From the human T2T-CHM13v2.0 reference genome, Homo sapiens: a stretch of DNA of 64,000 nt. Of this stretch, positions 27,988 through 39,296 are shown piece after piece. The stretch is from contig CP068257.2 of assembly GCA_009914755.4 (NCBI GenBank), positions 14,016,001-14,080,000 of the forward strand, given 5' to 3'. A program made the position numbers and the translations under genes. Positions within the stretch are counted from its first letter, which is position 1. Every line of letters begins with the position of its first letter. The notes beneath the pieces were generated by a model. It was not told the DNA's origin, did not search any database, and saw only the letters and a program-made list of their open reading frames with translations.

Positions 27988-28465
27988 AGATTTCATCTTC
28001 AGGACCATTCGTACTCCAGAGTGCTTCACACAAGAATACAGGAGTGACCCTGGGGTTGGGCAATGCAACAGTGCTCTGATGGTTATAGAGTTATTCCACA
28101 TATACTATAAAAACTTCACTCGTAAACTCATCTCTTATCATTTGACATTATAGTCAAAATGGTATATTAGTACCATTAGTAATATTAAGTACACCTTGAC
28201 TTAAAGTCTACAGAAATGTAGCAATCACACTAAAGATGAATGGTACTCCAACTGCTGTTTTCTCTCCAAAATGTGTCAGGTAGTTACATTTATTTTGTAA
28301 AAGTCATCATCTGTTAAATGTCCAGATAAACTCAATACTTTATGAAAACATTGGCTAACTCTTTTGGAATTTGATTAGTTATACCCTAACATATTTTGTA
28401 AGTATGAATTCTTTTTATGTCTGACTCAAACAAGACTTCTCTTTTACGCTAGTGTCAAATTTTAT

Positions 28466-28543
28466 TAGGTTGGTTCAAAAGCAATTGCGGTAATGAAATT
28501 GAAAGTGATGGCAAAAACCACAATTACTTTTGCAACAACCTAA
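28466..28543. mobile_element. MADE1 (Hsmar1-derived MITE), complete ~80-bp palindrome
   Basis: 'ttaggttggttcaaaagcaattgcggtaatgaaattgaaagtgatggcaaaaaccacaattacttttgcaacaacctaa' is inverted-repeat-symmetric, the MADE1 hallmark. Confidence 0.88.
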
Positions 28544-28809
28544 CAGCTGAGGGCTTGATTTTGGGCTCAACTTGCAATGTGAAAACTTGCATATAGTCAA
28601 CATTGTCTTTGAAAATCCCCTACATTGCTTGTAAAATATAGTCCGTGGTATTTCTACACCATATTTTAATATAATCTACCATTTCTAAGAGTCCAATACA
28701 GCCAGTCTTTCACTCAGCCTTGCACTAGGTTTTGTTTCTTCTGGAACAGATAATATACTTCGCTTAAGTTTCGGATGGGGAAGGTGCTTACACCATGAGA
28801 GGCCCATAA

Positions 28810-29298
<489 letters not shown>

Positions 29299-29851
29299 TA
29301 GAGTAGCAGTTCTCAATGTGGGTCGAGGGTCTAGGACATGGTTTTGCCTCTGAGGAGACGTTTGTCTAGGGACATTTTTGATACTTGTGACTGGGGGAAG
29401 GGGTGTCAATCTTATCTAAAGGATAGAGGCCAGGATGCTGCCAAATACCTTATAATATAGAAGACACTCCCCACAACAGAGTATTGTCCAGCTCAAAATA
29501 TCACCAGTGCCAAGGCTGAGAAACCTTCATCTAGGGTGGCAGAGTTACCATGAAATTTCATGCTCATTGAACTTGGATGAGGTACTGACTAGTACTATAT
29601 TATCAAGTATCTAACTCTATTTCTCGTCTCCTTAATTTTTTTCTCATATAGATGTTCCACTTTGAGCAGTAGTAAAGATTTTCTTTCCCATTATCTCTAT
29701 TCTTATTCATGATCGGAATGAGTCCTGTGAGGTCACCAGGGCCTCTAAGTTGTTAAAGGGTACACTTGGGAGGGGAGAGGCTACAAAATATGAAAAGAAA
29801 CTTGTTATTACTTTGGAGGTGGCCATTTGCCCATTCAGACAGGTAAGAGAG

Positions 29852-30128
29852 TCTGGGTATGGTGGCTCATGCCTGTAATTTCAACATTTGGGAGGCCAAG
29901 GCAGGAGAATTGCTTGAGCTCAGGAGTTCAAGAAAGACCAGCCTGGGCAACATAGCAATACTCTGTTTCTACAAAAAAATTAAAAATTATCCAGACGTGG
30001 TGGTGTGCAGCTGTAGTCAGGGCTACTTCGGAGGCTGAAGTGGGAAGATCACTTGAACCTGGGAGGTCAAGGCTGCAGAGAGCCATCATCATGCCACTTC
30101 ACTTCAGCCTGGGAAACAGAGTGAGACC
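29852..30128 (+). mobile_element. Alu SINE (AluJ-like)
   Basis: 'gtctgggtatggtggctcatgcctgtaatttcaacatttgggaggccaaggcaggagaattgcttgagctcaggagttcaag...cttcacttcagcctgggaaacagagtgagaccttg'. Confidence 0.9.
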
Positions 30129-30216
30129 TTGAAGAAGAAAGAAAGAAAGGAAAGGAAGAAGAAAGAAAGAAAGGAAGGAAGGAAGAAAGGAAGGAAGGAA
30201 GAAAGAAAGCAAGAAA
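30129..30216. repeat. (GAAA)/(GGAA)n tetranucleotide microsatellite grown from the Alu tail
   Basis: 'aagaagaaagaaagaaaggaaaggaagaagaaagaaagaaaggaaggaaggaagaaaggaaggaaggaagaaagaaagcaagaaacc'. Confidence 0.95.
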
Positions 30217-30934
30217 CCACAACTGGAAGCCTTAGGAGGTTGGCATGTAGTGGATATTTCTTTTCCATTCCCTAAACTGTAAGTGTTTAAAATAACTATT
30301 TTCTTTATTTTTTGTAGTTTACTTTGAATGGCCTTTATACAGAAAAAAAGAATCAAATTTTGTTCTTAAAAATTATTTTTGTTAGAGACAAATGTTAGAG
30401 ACAAAAACATGCCTCCAAAACTAGGCATGTTTATAGAGATCATGAAACTTCAGAAAATTCTAAAACCATGACTCGTGACAAATAATTATACTTAGGGGAA
30501 AAATCTGAGAAAGCAGCAACTTCAGCACCCTTACCAATGAAGTATTAAAAACAAATGGGGAAATAAAAAGATATTGTTGGGATTTTAAATATGGCTTAAA
30601 ATTTAATAGTGCTAGAATTTATTTTAAAAGTCTAAAATCTTTTAATACTCACACTGACTAGTAAAACTGCTTGTAACATTCGCCATCAAAACAGAAATTT
30701 GTTGAGGCAAAAGGAGAGAGATCACAATGCAAAGCATCGCAATAATTCAGAATACTATGGTAGCACATTTCAACATTCCATCTCATCTGAGATCTATCTA
30801 TATGCTTTCCTTCTACAATACATAGGAGTGTATAATAAATATGCAATGATTATCACATGCCTTTCCTACATAAGATTTTGAAACCTCTCAGTTGTTCCCT
30901 GATGAGCCAGACTGTAAGACTATATGTTCTCATC

Positions 30935-31100
30935 AGTTACTACCTAGTCCCACCCCCAACACCCCCATCTCCACCACCACTACCATCAACACCACCATCA
31001 CCATTACACCATCACCCCCATCATCTCCTCCATCAGTCGATGCATGGACACCACCTCCACTACTATCGTGACTATCACCACTGCCACCATCACATCACTG
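30935..31100. repeat. (CCA/CAC/CAT)n-rich cryptic low-complexity block
   Basis: 'ccacccccaacacccccatctccaccaccactaccatcaacaccaccatcaccattacaccatcacccccatcatctcctccatc...ccacctccactactatcgtgactatcaccactgccaccatcacatcac'. This block is what produces the Pro/His-rich 104-aa track ORF. Confidence 0.85.
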
Positions 31101-32636
31101 CTCTGAAACAATTTCTCTGGATTCAAACGGTCCCGAAATCTAAGATAATTCTAGATAGGGGTTTGAATTAACTATTGATCAAGTCAAGGACTTACCGTGA
31201 AATATAACAGACATATCAGATATTCAAACTGAATTCTAAAATAATGCAGAGAAATATCTATATGTTTTTGGTTTATAGTTGTTGTTCTAAGCAATAAGTC
31301 ATAAAAAGAAAGTTATGATAGATTTGATGATCTAAAACCCAACATGTTTGGCATGTCAGAAATGCAACAAATAGAATTGAAACACTAACAATGGTTTTAA
31401 AAAAGTCTTGTTTAAGTCAGTAAGGATGAATAGTGCTACTATTTATATTTATTCATATGGATAAGCCTTAGAGAGAATCCTGTTTACTCAGAAAATGATA
31501 GATTTGAGATGCTTGTAAAATATATATGAGTTATTAAGTAGATAATTGTATATTTATACAACTAAAAAGGCATTCAAATAATTTTTTGCTATTAAACTCT
31601 TACTTTGAATGTGCCATGAAAATGTTTATTTTATATTTCTGAAAGTATGTTTCCAGCAATATCTCCTAACCCTTTTAAAAGTCAGCTCCTATCTTCTGGA
31701 TGAAGTAAATGATGCCAGATTCAGTTCTGTTCTCCTTCTCTTTTTGGAAGCATTATAATATTAATGACTTAATTGTCATACATATTTATGTTTTAGAACC
31801 TAACTGGGGTCTGCTCTCCCATCGGAGCAAAGCCAGTCACTGACATTGGGATAGCAATGAGAGAATGTGAGTCATTTATTGCAGGACACCAAGCAAGGAG
31901 TTAAGGCTGCTCATGCTTAGGACTTGAACTCCTCAATGGCTTGCAGATAAGAGATTTTAGAGATAGGGGTACATTTCAGGAGAGCAGAGGTTACAGGCAA
32001 AATTGTAAATCAATTCATGAAAGTTACACATTGGTTTAGGCTAAAAATCTGAACAGACGTTTCTTGAAGTGAGGAGTTTACAGGTTGTAGATTGATTCAA
32101 AGGTTTTCAGATTTGCAACTGATTCAGGAGGTGAGGTTTTGTCTAAAAATTTGAGATCAGCAGAAAAGAATGTTAGCTCTAGCTCCTGGGTAGGACCTTC
32201 TTCAGGCCCCTCAGGAAGAAATTTAGAACAAAGAACAGAGGTCGGAGTTCAGTCCTCACCTCCCCCTTTTCTGAGGCCTAAATGCCAGTAGATCCATCTG
32301 GTGGGTTCCTGGTCGGATGCCAGTTTCTGAAAGACAACTCAGGCACATCTGTTAAGATGTCATCTTTAGTTTCCATGGAAAAAGCAAACATCTTCAGAGC
32401 TCTAACTTCTTTGATTATTGTCTTAAGCTACTATTATCTTCCTGTTTAAAAAACTATTTATTTACTTTTCTGCTAGCTAGATTCCTGGAATTTCCCTTGA
32501 AGAAACCAAGCATTTTCCTTTATGTCTATGCTTGGGGGTCCATAGTTCCCTAAAAAGAGGGTCCCTGCTCGTCTTACCTATGTAATAAAAGAAAAAAGTC
32601 CACACATGTCAGAAACGGGTTTGGCAATAACTCTCT

Positions 32637-32714
32637 TAGGTTGGTGCAAAAGTAATTGCAGTTTTTGCCATTAAAAGTAATGGGAAAACTGCAATTACTT
32701 TTGGACCAACCTAA
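32637..32714. mobile_element. MADE1 (Hsmar1-derived MITE), complete
   Basis: 'ttaggttggtgcaaaagtaattgcagtttttgccattaaaagtaatgggaaaactgcaattacttttggaccaacctaa'. Confidence 0.9.
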
Positions 32715-34169
32715 TATTCATTTTTAATCCAGTCGGCGGGTTGTGAACTAAAAAGAAAGACAGCAGTTTGAGCTCACAACCTGCTGATAAACGTTTTTGC
32801 AGAGGAAAGGGTAAGATAGAGAGAAAGTGATTGTTGCACTGCTCAATTGACCACAAATGTATATTGCCCCAAAGAATACATCAGAATCAAACCCACGGTG
32901 ACTTTTTTGAAATTTTACTTCGATATACCATTGACATAAACTGTAATTGGAAAGCTACCAGTTTTTCTCCCAAAACAAAGCCAAATATGAGAACAACAAA
33001 CTAACTATATTTGTGTACAGCAACTGTAGTGGTATAGCTTCTCAAATTCTTGAAGAAGGGTCTTATGTTTAATGAACAAGAAATATTTTCAAAGTTGGAA
33101 ATTACTCTCATTTAAAGAGAAGGGTTCTCATTTTCCCATGAATTTTCTCATGAAACAGTATGCTTTCCTACACAAATATTGTATCTATAATATCATATGT
33201 GAATATTCATATTCATAAATGCCAAATTATTGATGACTCTTTTGCTTCATATGTGTATTATAGTTACTCCAAAATATTTTTTCATGATCCAGTATTGCCA
33301 TAAAATAAAGACTGCAGATTCTAGTTAGCAAAGATTCTGAAACCAATCTTCAGTCAAAGGAATATAAAACGTAGCATGATGCTAAGTTTATGGATCTAGT
33401 GTACTAAGGAGAGGAAGCAACTAGGAAAGGTTATCTACTATTTTGTGGAAGAAATAAAGACCTACAAAGGTTGCTTTTTGGGTTGTTTAATAGTCTATGC
33501 ATTGTGTGGATGTGCAATATTAATTTAGGTGGACATAAATTCTTTTTGTCCCTTTACTATTTCCTATATCCATCCCTCCCCATCACCAAAATAAGTTAGT
33601 TGGCTACTATTTAGGGCTACTATTTACTTTTACTAAGTTAAGAAGTGAGCCCATATCATCCTAGATGGTCCAGGGAACAGTTAGTGTAATACATTCACTG
33701 ATGTGTTTTTTGAGGGGAAAACACGAGTCCCTCAGGAAATCCTGATGCAGTTGACCTTTCTCTGGTGTCTGTTTCCTGGGGCAATGCTTGAATGTGGTTA
33801 AGCACACTTTTGCCTCATCGGCTCCTCCACTGCCACTTCCAACCACTCCTCCACTAGCTTCTAGGACTGGTCCATTTGGCATTTCAATAAATGTTCCCAA
33901 GGTTGGCTAATTTGTACCAATCATTGAGGAGTCTCTTGACCTATCTGAGGTAGCAATACTGGAAGCAGGGACAGATTCTGTTAAGTGTTGTATATCCTGT
34001 ATTGAAACTGAGGCTGATTCCATCAAAATTCAAGGGCAGATCCTCTAGAAGGTGCTGCTGTAGTTGCTGCAGCTGTTGCCTCTGGTGAAGATGGAGGAGT
34101 CCAGTACTAGCCACTTAAGGAGGTTCAACTATAGCCTTGCTTTCTATTTTTCCAGGACTTCCCATTAAA

Positions 34170-35283
34170 AGATATTTTGCAGACAAGCCACAGCCCGGGA
34201 GAAGATATATGCAAAATACACGTGTGATAAAGGACTTGCACCCATAATATACAAAGAATTCTTAAAACTCAGCAATAAAAAAATAGACAATGCAATTAAA
34301 AAGCAGGCAAAAATCTGAACAGACTCTTCACCAAAGAAGATGTGCAGCTGGCAAATAAGGATATGAAAAGGTGCTCCACATCATATGTTATTAGGAATTG
34401 CAAACTAAAACAACGAAAAACAACTACACACCTGTTAGAATGGCAAAAATCCAAAAACACTGATAAAATCAAATGTACACAAGGATCTGTCCTTCATTGC
34501 TTGTGGGAATGCAAAATGGCACCTTGAAAGACAATTTGGTGGTCTCTTACAAAGCTAAACTTCAGTCTTACCATACAATTCAGCAATAGTGCTCCTAAGT
34601 ATGTGGCCCAATAAATTGAAAACTCATGTTCACACAAAAACTTGCACATAATTACTTATAGCAGCTTTTTTTCATAATTGATGAAAATTGTAAACTGTCA
34701 AGATGTCCTTCAATAGGTGAAGAGATGAACAAACTGATATGTCAATAAAATGGAATATTATTCAGTGATAAAAAGAAACAAGGTATCAAGCCACATGGAG
34801 AACCTCAAAAGCCTATTGCTAAGTGAAAAAAACAAAAAGCCAATTTGGAAAGGCTACATGTTGAATCATCGCAAATGTATGACATTCTGGAAAAGACAAA
34901 ACTACAGAAACTGTAGAAAGATGAGTGTTTGTCAGAGGGAGGTAATTGAGGGAGGAATGAATAGATGGAGCACAGAGGACTTTTAGGGCATTAAAAGTAA
35001 ACTGTATGATATTATCATGGTGACTATATGACATTATGCATTTGTTAAAACCCACAGAACTGTACAACACCAAAAGTGAACCCTAAACTAAAGTACAGAC
35101 TTCAGTTAATATAATGGATGTATTAATATTGTTTCACAAATAGCAACAGATATACCACAACAATGCAAGATGTTAATAATGGGGGAAACTCCTGTGGTGG
35201 GTAGCAGAGGTATATGGGAACTCTCTGTACTCTGCTCAATAACTCTGTAAACCTAAAAATCTCTAAAAATTGAAGTCTGTTAG
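34170..35283 (+). mobile_element. LINE-1 3' end (old L1M-type), ORF2 C-terminal remnant plus 3' UTR
   Basis: Frame-shifted translations match the L1 ORF2 C-terminus: '...REKIYAKYTCDKGLAPIIYKEFLKLSNKK', 'MQLANKDMKRCSTSYVIRNCKLKQRKTTTHLLEWQKSKNTDKIKCTQGSVLHCLWECKMAP' (track ORF 34342-34527), '...NRWSTEDF*G'. The 3' terminus is 'cctaaaaatctctaaaaattgaagtctgtta'. Confidence 0.85.
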
Positions 35284-36625
35284 GGATGAAATAATTTTTA
35301 GATACATGGTAAAGAAAAGAAAAGATACTTTACTGCTCTGCCAGCGTTGTTGAAACTAGTTTTGAGAGCTGTAATTATTTGTTCCTGGTCATAACATGTT
35401 TACATGATCTCATTACCCTATTTTTATAAGGTCAATCTGTCATTAATGTTCTTGATGCATCTTCAAAATGTTTTCCAGAGAAAAATCTTCTAATGAGTTC
35501 TCAGTTGATATTGGGCTACTAATCACTGATGTTCTCACTGACTTTTCTGCAAGTTTCTCTTGTTTAGTTGCACTACTAGGTGCAGGTGCAGAAGATACTG
35601 TCTTTGATGCTGGAGTGATGGGTACAGCCGCACAAGTGGCAAGCAAAGCAAAGACAGAGGCTGGGACTTGAGCCACAGCTGCTGTTATAGTTGAAACAAC
35701 TGCAGCAGCAGTGGCAGGATTCGATCACTGGGTTGTAGACGGGGCTGGTGCTGCCACTGCTTTGGGATACCATCATAACCATCATAAAGCTTTCCTTATT
35801 AAGATCATATTCTTTAAAGCCAGTATCATCATTCGGGTTTTGCCTCAAGCAACTTATTTTTGTCCCACTACCTAAAATGCATTATTCACTCTCACTTCTT
35901 TTGCTACAAAACTACAACCAACTCCAAAGGGTCTAGTCTCCTGCATTAAGCTGAATTTTGGAACCCAGGCCCTAACTGAGCCCACAGCCCACAGTACATA
36001 CATATCCCCAGAGCCAGACTCCTACTTCTGTTACATCTGCCTTGGGTTCTTACAGTCTACCAGGATAGAACTCAAGAGAGATCACCAAACATAACAGCAA
36101 AGGAAAGTTTACTTCAGCTTGTGCACAAGGGAGCCAGCACCAAGAAAGAAAGAGGAATGGGCTTCTCCCAAGGGTACTGTATGGGTTAGTTTTATAGAGT
36201 CTTTCAATAGGGAAGAGTTATGTCATGGCAGGTGTAGCAAGGGTTTTCCTAGTGGTTTCACAGTGGCTCAACATGCTTCTTCAGATGTTATATGTAGCAT
36301 TAACAATTTAAATCTCTGTCACTTGGTGTGAATTTTAGCATTAAAATGAGGAAGAGATAAATTCAGTTTGGAGTTTAAGTCTTACCAAGTATACAAGGAT
36401 CCAGGAAGTCCCTCATCCCCTGAGATGGAAGACTGTGGTTAATAGCTTCTTGGGTCTTTCATTACTGATTGACTGAGAGTTTAGGTAAGCTAGAGCTGGA
36501 GTGAGGGGCTTTTGCCCTTTTTCTCTAGACCATCTTAAAATAGGGAATCAACCAACCTGCCTGTCTCACCCCCTACCGCCATGTCACAGCACATTGTCCA
36601 GGCCTCTAGAAAGCTCTTCTCTGCT

Positions 36626-38567
36626 AAGGAAGTCAAATTTTCTCTGTTTGCAGATGACATGATTGCATATTTAGAAAACTCCATCATCTCAGCCCAAAAT
36701 CTCCTTAAGCTGATAAGCAACTTCAGCCAAGTCTGAGGATACAAAATCAATGTGCAAAAATCACAAGAATTCCTATACACCAATAATAGACAGACAGAGA
36801 GCCAAATCATAAGTGAACTCTCATGCACAATTGCTACAAAGAGAATAAAATACCTAGGAATACAACTTACAAGGATGTGAAGGACCTCTTCAAGGAGAAC
36901 TACAAACCTTTCCTCAAGGAAATAAGAGAGGACATAAACAAATGGAAAAACGTTCCATGCTCATGGAAAGAAAGAATCAATATCTTGAAAATGGCCATGC
37001 TGCCCAAGGTAATTTACAGATTCAATGCTATCCCCATCAAGCTACCATTAACTTTCTTCACAGAATGAGAAAAAACTACTTTAAATTTCATATGGAACCA
37101 AAAAAGAGCCTGTATAGCCAAGACAATCCTAAACAAAAAGAACAAAGCTGGAGACATCACATTACCTGACTTCAAACTATACAACAAGGCTACAGTAACC
37201 AAAACAACATGGTACTGGTACCAAAACAGATATATAGACCAATGGGACAGAATAGAAGCTTCAGAAATAACGCCACATATCTACAACCATCTGATCTTTG
37301 ACAAACCTGACAAAAACAAGCAATGGGGCAAGGATTCCCTATTTATTAAATGATGCTGGGAAAACTGGCTAGCCATATGCAGAAAACTGAAACTGGACCC
37401 CTTCCTTACACCTTATACAAAAATTAACTCAAGATAGAGTAAAGACTTAAATGTAAGAGCTAAAACCATAAAAACCCTAGAAGAAAACATAGACAATACC
37501 ATTCAGGACATAGGCATGGACAAAGACTTCATGACTAAAACACCAAAAGCAATGGCAACAAAAGCCAAAATTGACAAATGGAATCTAATTAAACTAAAGA
37601 GCTTCTGCACAGCAAAAAAAACTACCATCAGAGTGAACAAGCAACCTACACAATGGGAGAAAATTTTTGCATCTATCCATCTGTCAAAGGGCTAGAATCC
37701 AGAATCTATAAAGAACTTAAGCAAATTTACAAGAAAAAAACAAACAACCCCATCAAAAAGTGGGTGACATTTATGTGGCCAACAAACATGAAAAAAAGCT
37801 CATCATCACTGGTCATTAGAGAAATGCAAATCAAAACCACAATGAGATACCATCTCATACCAGTTAGAATGGCAATCACTAAAAAGTCAGGAAACAACAG
37901 ATGCTGGAGAGGATGTGGAGAGATAGGAATGCTTTTACATTGTTGGTGGGAGTGTAAATTAGTTCAACCATTGAAAGACAGTGTCATTGTGGAAGACAGT
38001 GGGGTGATTCCTCAAGGATCTGGAACCAGAAATACCATTTGACCCAGCAATCCCATTACTGGGTATATGCCCAAAGGATTATAAATCATTCTACTATAAA
38101 GACACATGCACATGTATGTTTATTGCAGCACTGTTCACAATAGCAAAGACTTGGAACCAATCCAAATGCCCATCAATGATAGACTGGATAAAGAAAATGT
38201 GGCACATATACACCATGGAGTACTATACAGCCATAAAAAAGAATGAGTTCCTGTCTTTGTGGGGACATGGATGTAGCTGGAAACCATCATTCTCAGCAAA
38301 CTAACACAGGAACAGAAAACCAAACACTGCATGTTTTCACTCAAAAGCAGGAGTTGAACAATGAGAACACATGGACACAGGGAGGGGAACATCACACACT
38401 GGGGCCTGTCATGGGATGGGGGGCTAGGGGAGGGTTAGCATTAGGAGAAATACCTAATGTGAATGATAGGTTGATGGGTGGGGCAAACCACCATGGCACG
38501 TGTATACCTATGTAACAAACCTGCACGTTCTGCACATGTATCCCAGAACTTAAAGTATAATTTAAAA
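36626..38567 (+). mobile_element. LINE-1 (L1PA-type), 5'-truncated ~1.9 kb
   Basis: Begins inside the ORF2 RT YADD motif region, 'aaggaagtcaaattttctctgtttgcagatgacatgattgcatatttagaaaactccatcatctcagcccaaaatctcc'. It runs through 'atcagagaaatgcaaatcaaaaccacaatgagataccatctcataccagttagaatggc' ([13 protein letters not shown]...). It ends at '...gtataatttaaaaaaaaa'. Track ORFs 36823-37068, 36942-37169 and 37653-38042 are ORF2 remnants, and one small internal deletion falls in ORF2. TSD: 'agaaagctcttctctgct' (36608-36625) versus 'agaaagcttttctctcct' (38568-38585). Confidence 0.9.
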
Positions 38568-38920
38568 AAAAAGAAAGCTTTTCTCTCCTAGATCCACTGC
38601 CACACCCTGCCCAAATTATCTTTTAAATGACTAAATAGAATCATTATATTTTCCACTAGCATGAATTCTCAGCACCCTAAAATAAAATAAATGTTAAATT
38701 AAAGAGACACAGTTCACACTGAGAAAATTATATGATGCTATATTTAAAAAAAAAATATTTTTAACTATTATTTTTTAATCCCCTTTTGCTTTTCAGCATT
38801 TATGATCTAGTACCTGGCCATAGTAACATCCAAATGTGCTCATGGAGAGGCTTAGGGAGGAATAGGTTTAATCAAAAGTTCAGTTCTGGAAAATTTATAT
38901 ACGTTTGAGGTGATCATGGA

Positions 38921-39296
38921 TGTATTAGTCCATTCTCATGCCGCTAATAAAGACATACCTGAGACTGGGTAATTTCTAAAGGAAAGAAGTTTAATTGATT
39001 CACAGTTCAGCATACCTGGTGAGGCCTCGGGAAACTTACAATCATGACAGAAGGGGAAGCAAATACATCCTTCACATGGTGGCAGGAAAGAGAAGGGCAG
39101 AGCAAAGTTGGGGAAAGCCCCTTATAAAACCATCAGATCTCATGAGAACTTACTCACTATCACGAGAACAGCATGGGGGACCACCCCCATGATCTAATCA
39201 CCTCCCACCAGGTCCCTCCCCCAACACGTGGGAATTATAATTCGGATTACAATTCAAGATGAGATTTGGGTGGGGACACAGAGCCAGACCATATCA
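38921..39296 (-). mobile_element. MaLR solo LTR (THE1/MST-like)
   Basis: Reverse complement of the THE1/MST consensus ends. The right end 'gatttgggtggggacacagagccagaccatatca' is the reverse complement of 'tgatatggtctggctctgtgtccccacccaaatc'. The left end 'tgtattagtccattctcatgccgctaataaagacatacctgagactgggtaatt' is the reverse complement of '...cccagtctcaggtatgtctttattagcggcatgagaatggactaataca'. The ~375-bp length is typical. Confidence 0.8.

Noticed and set aside
37653-38042. 129-aa plus-strand ORF
   Set aside because: It is an L1 ORF2 C-terminal remnant ('...[53 protein letters not shown]...'). It is part of the dead L1 at 36626-38567.
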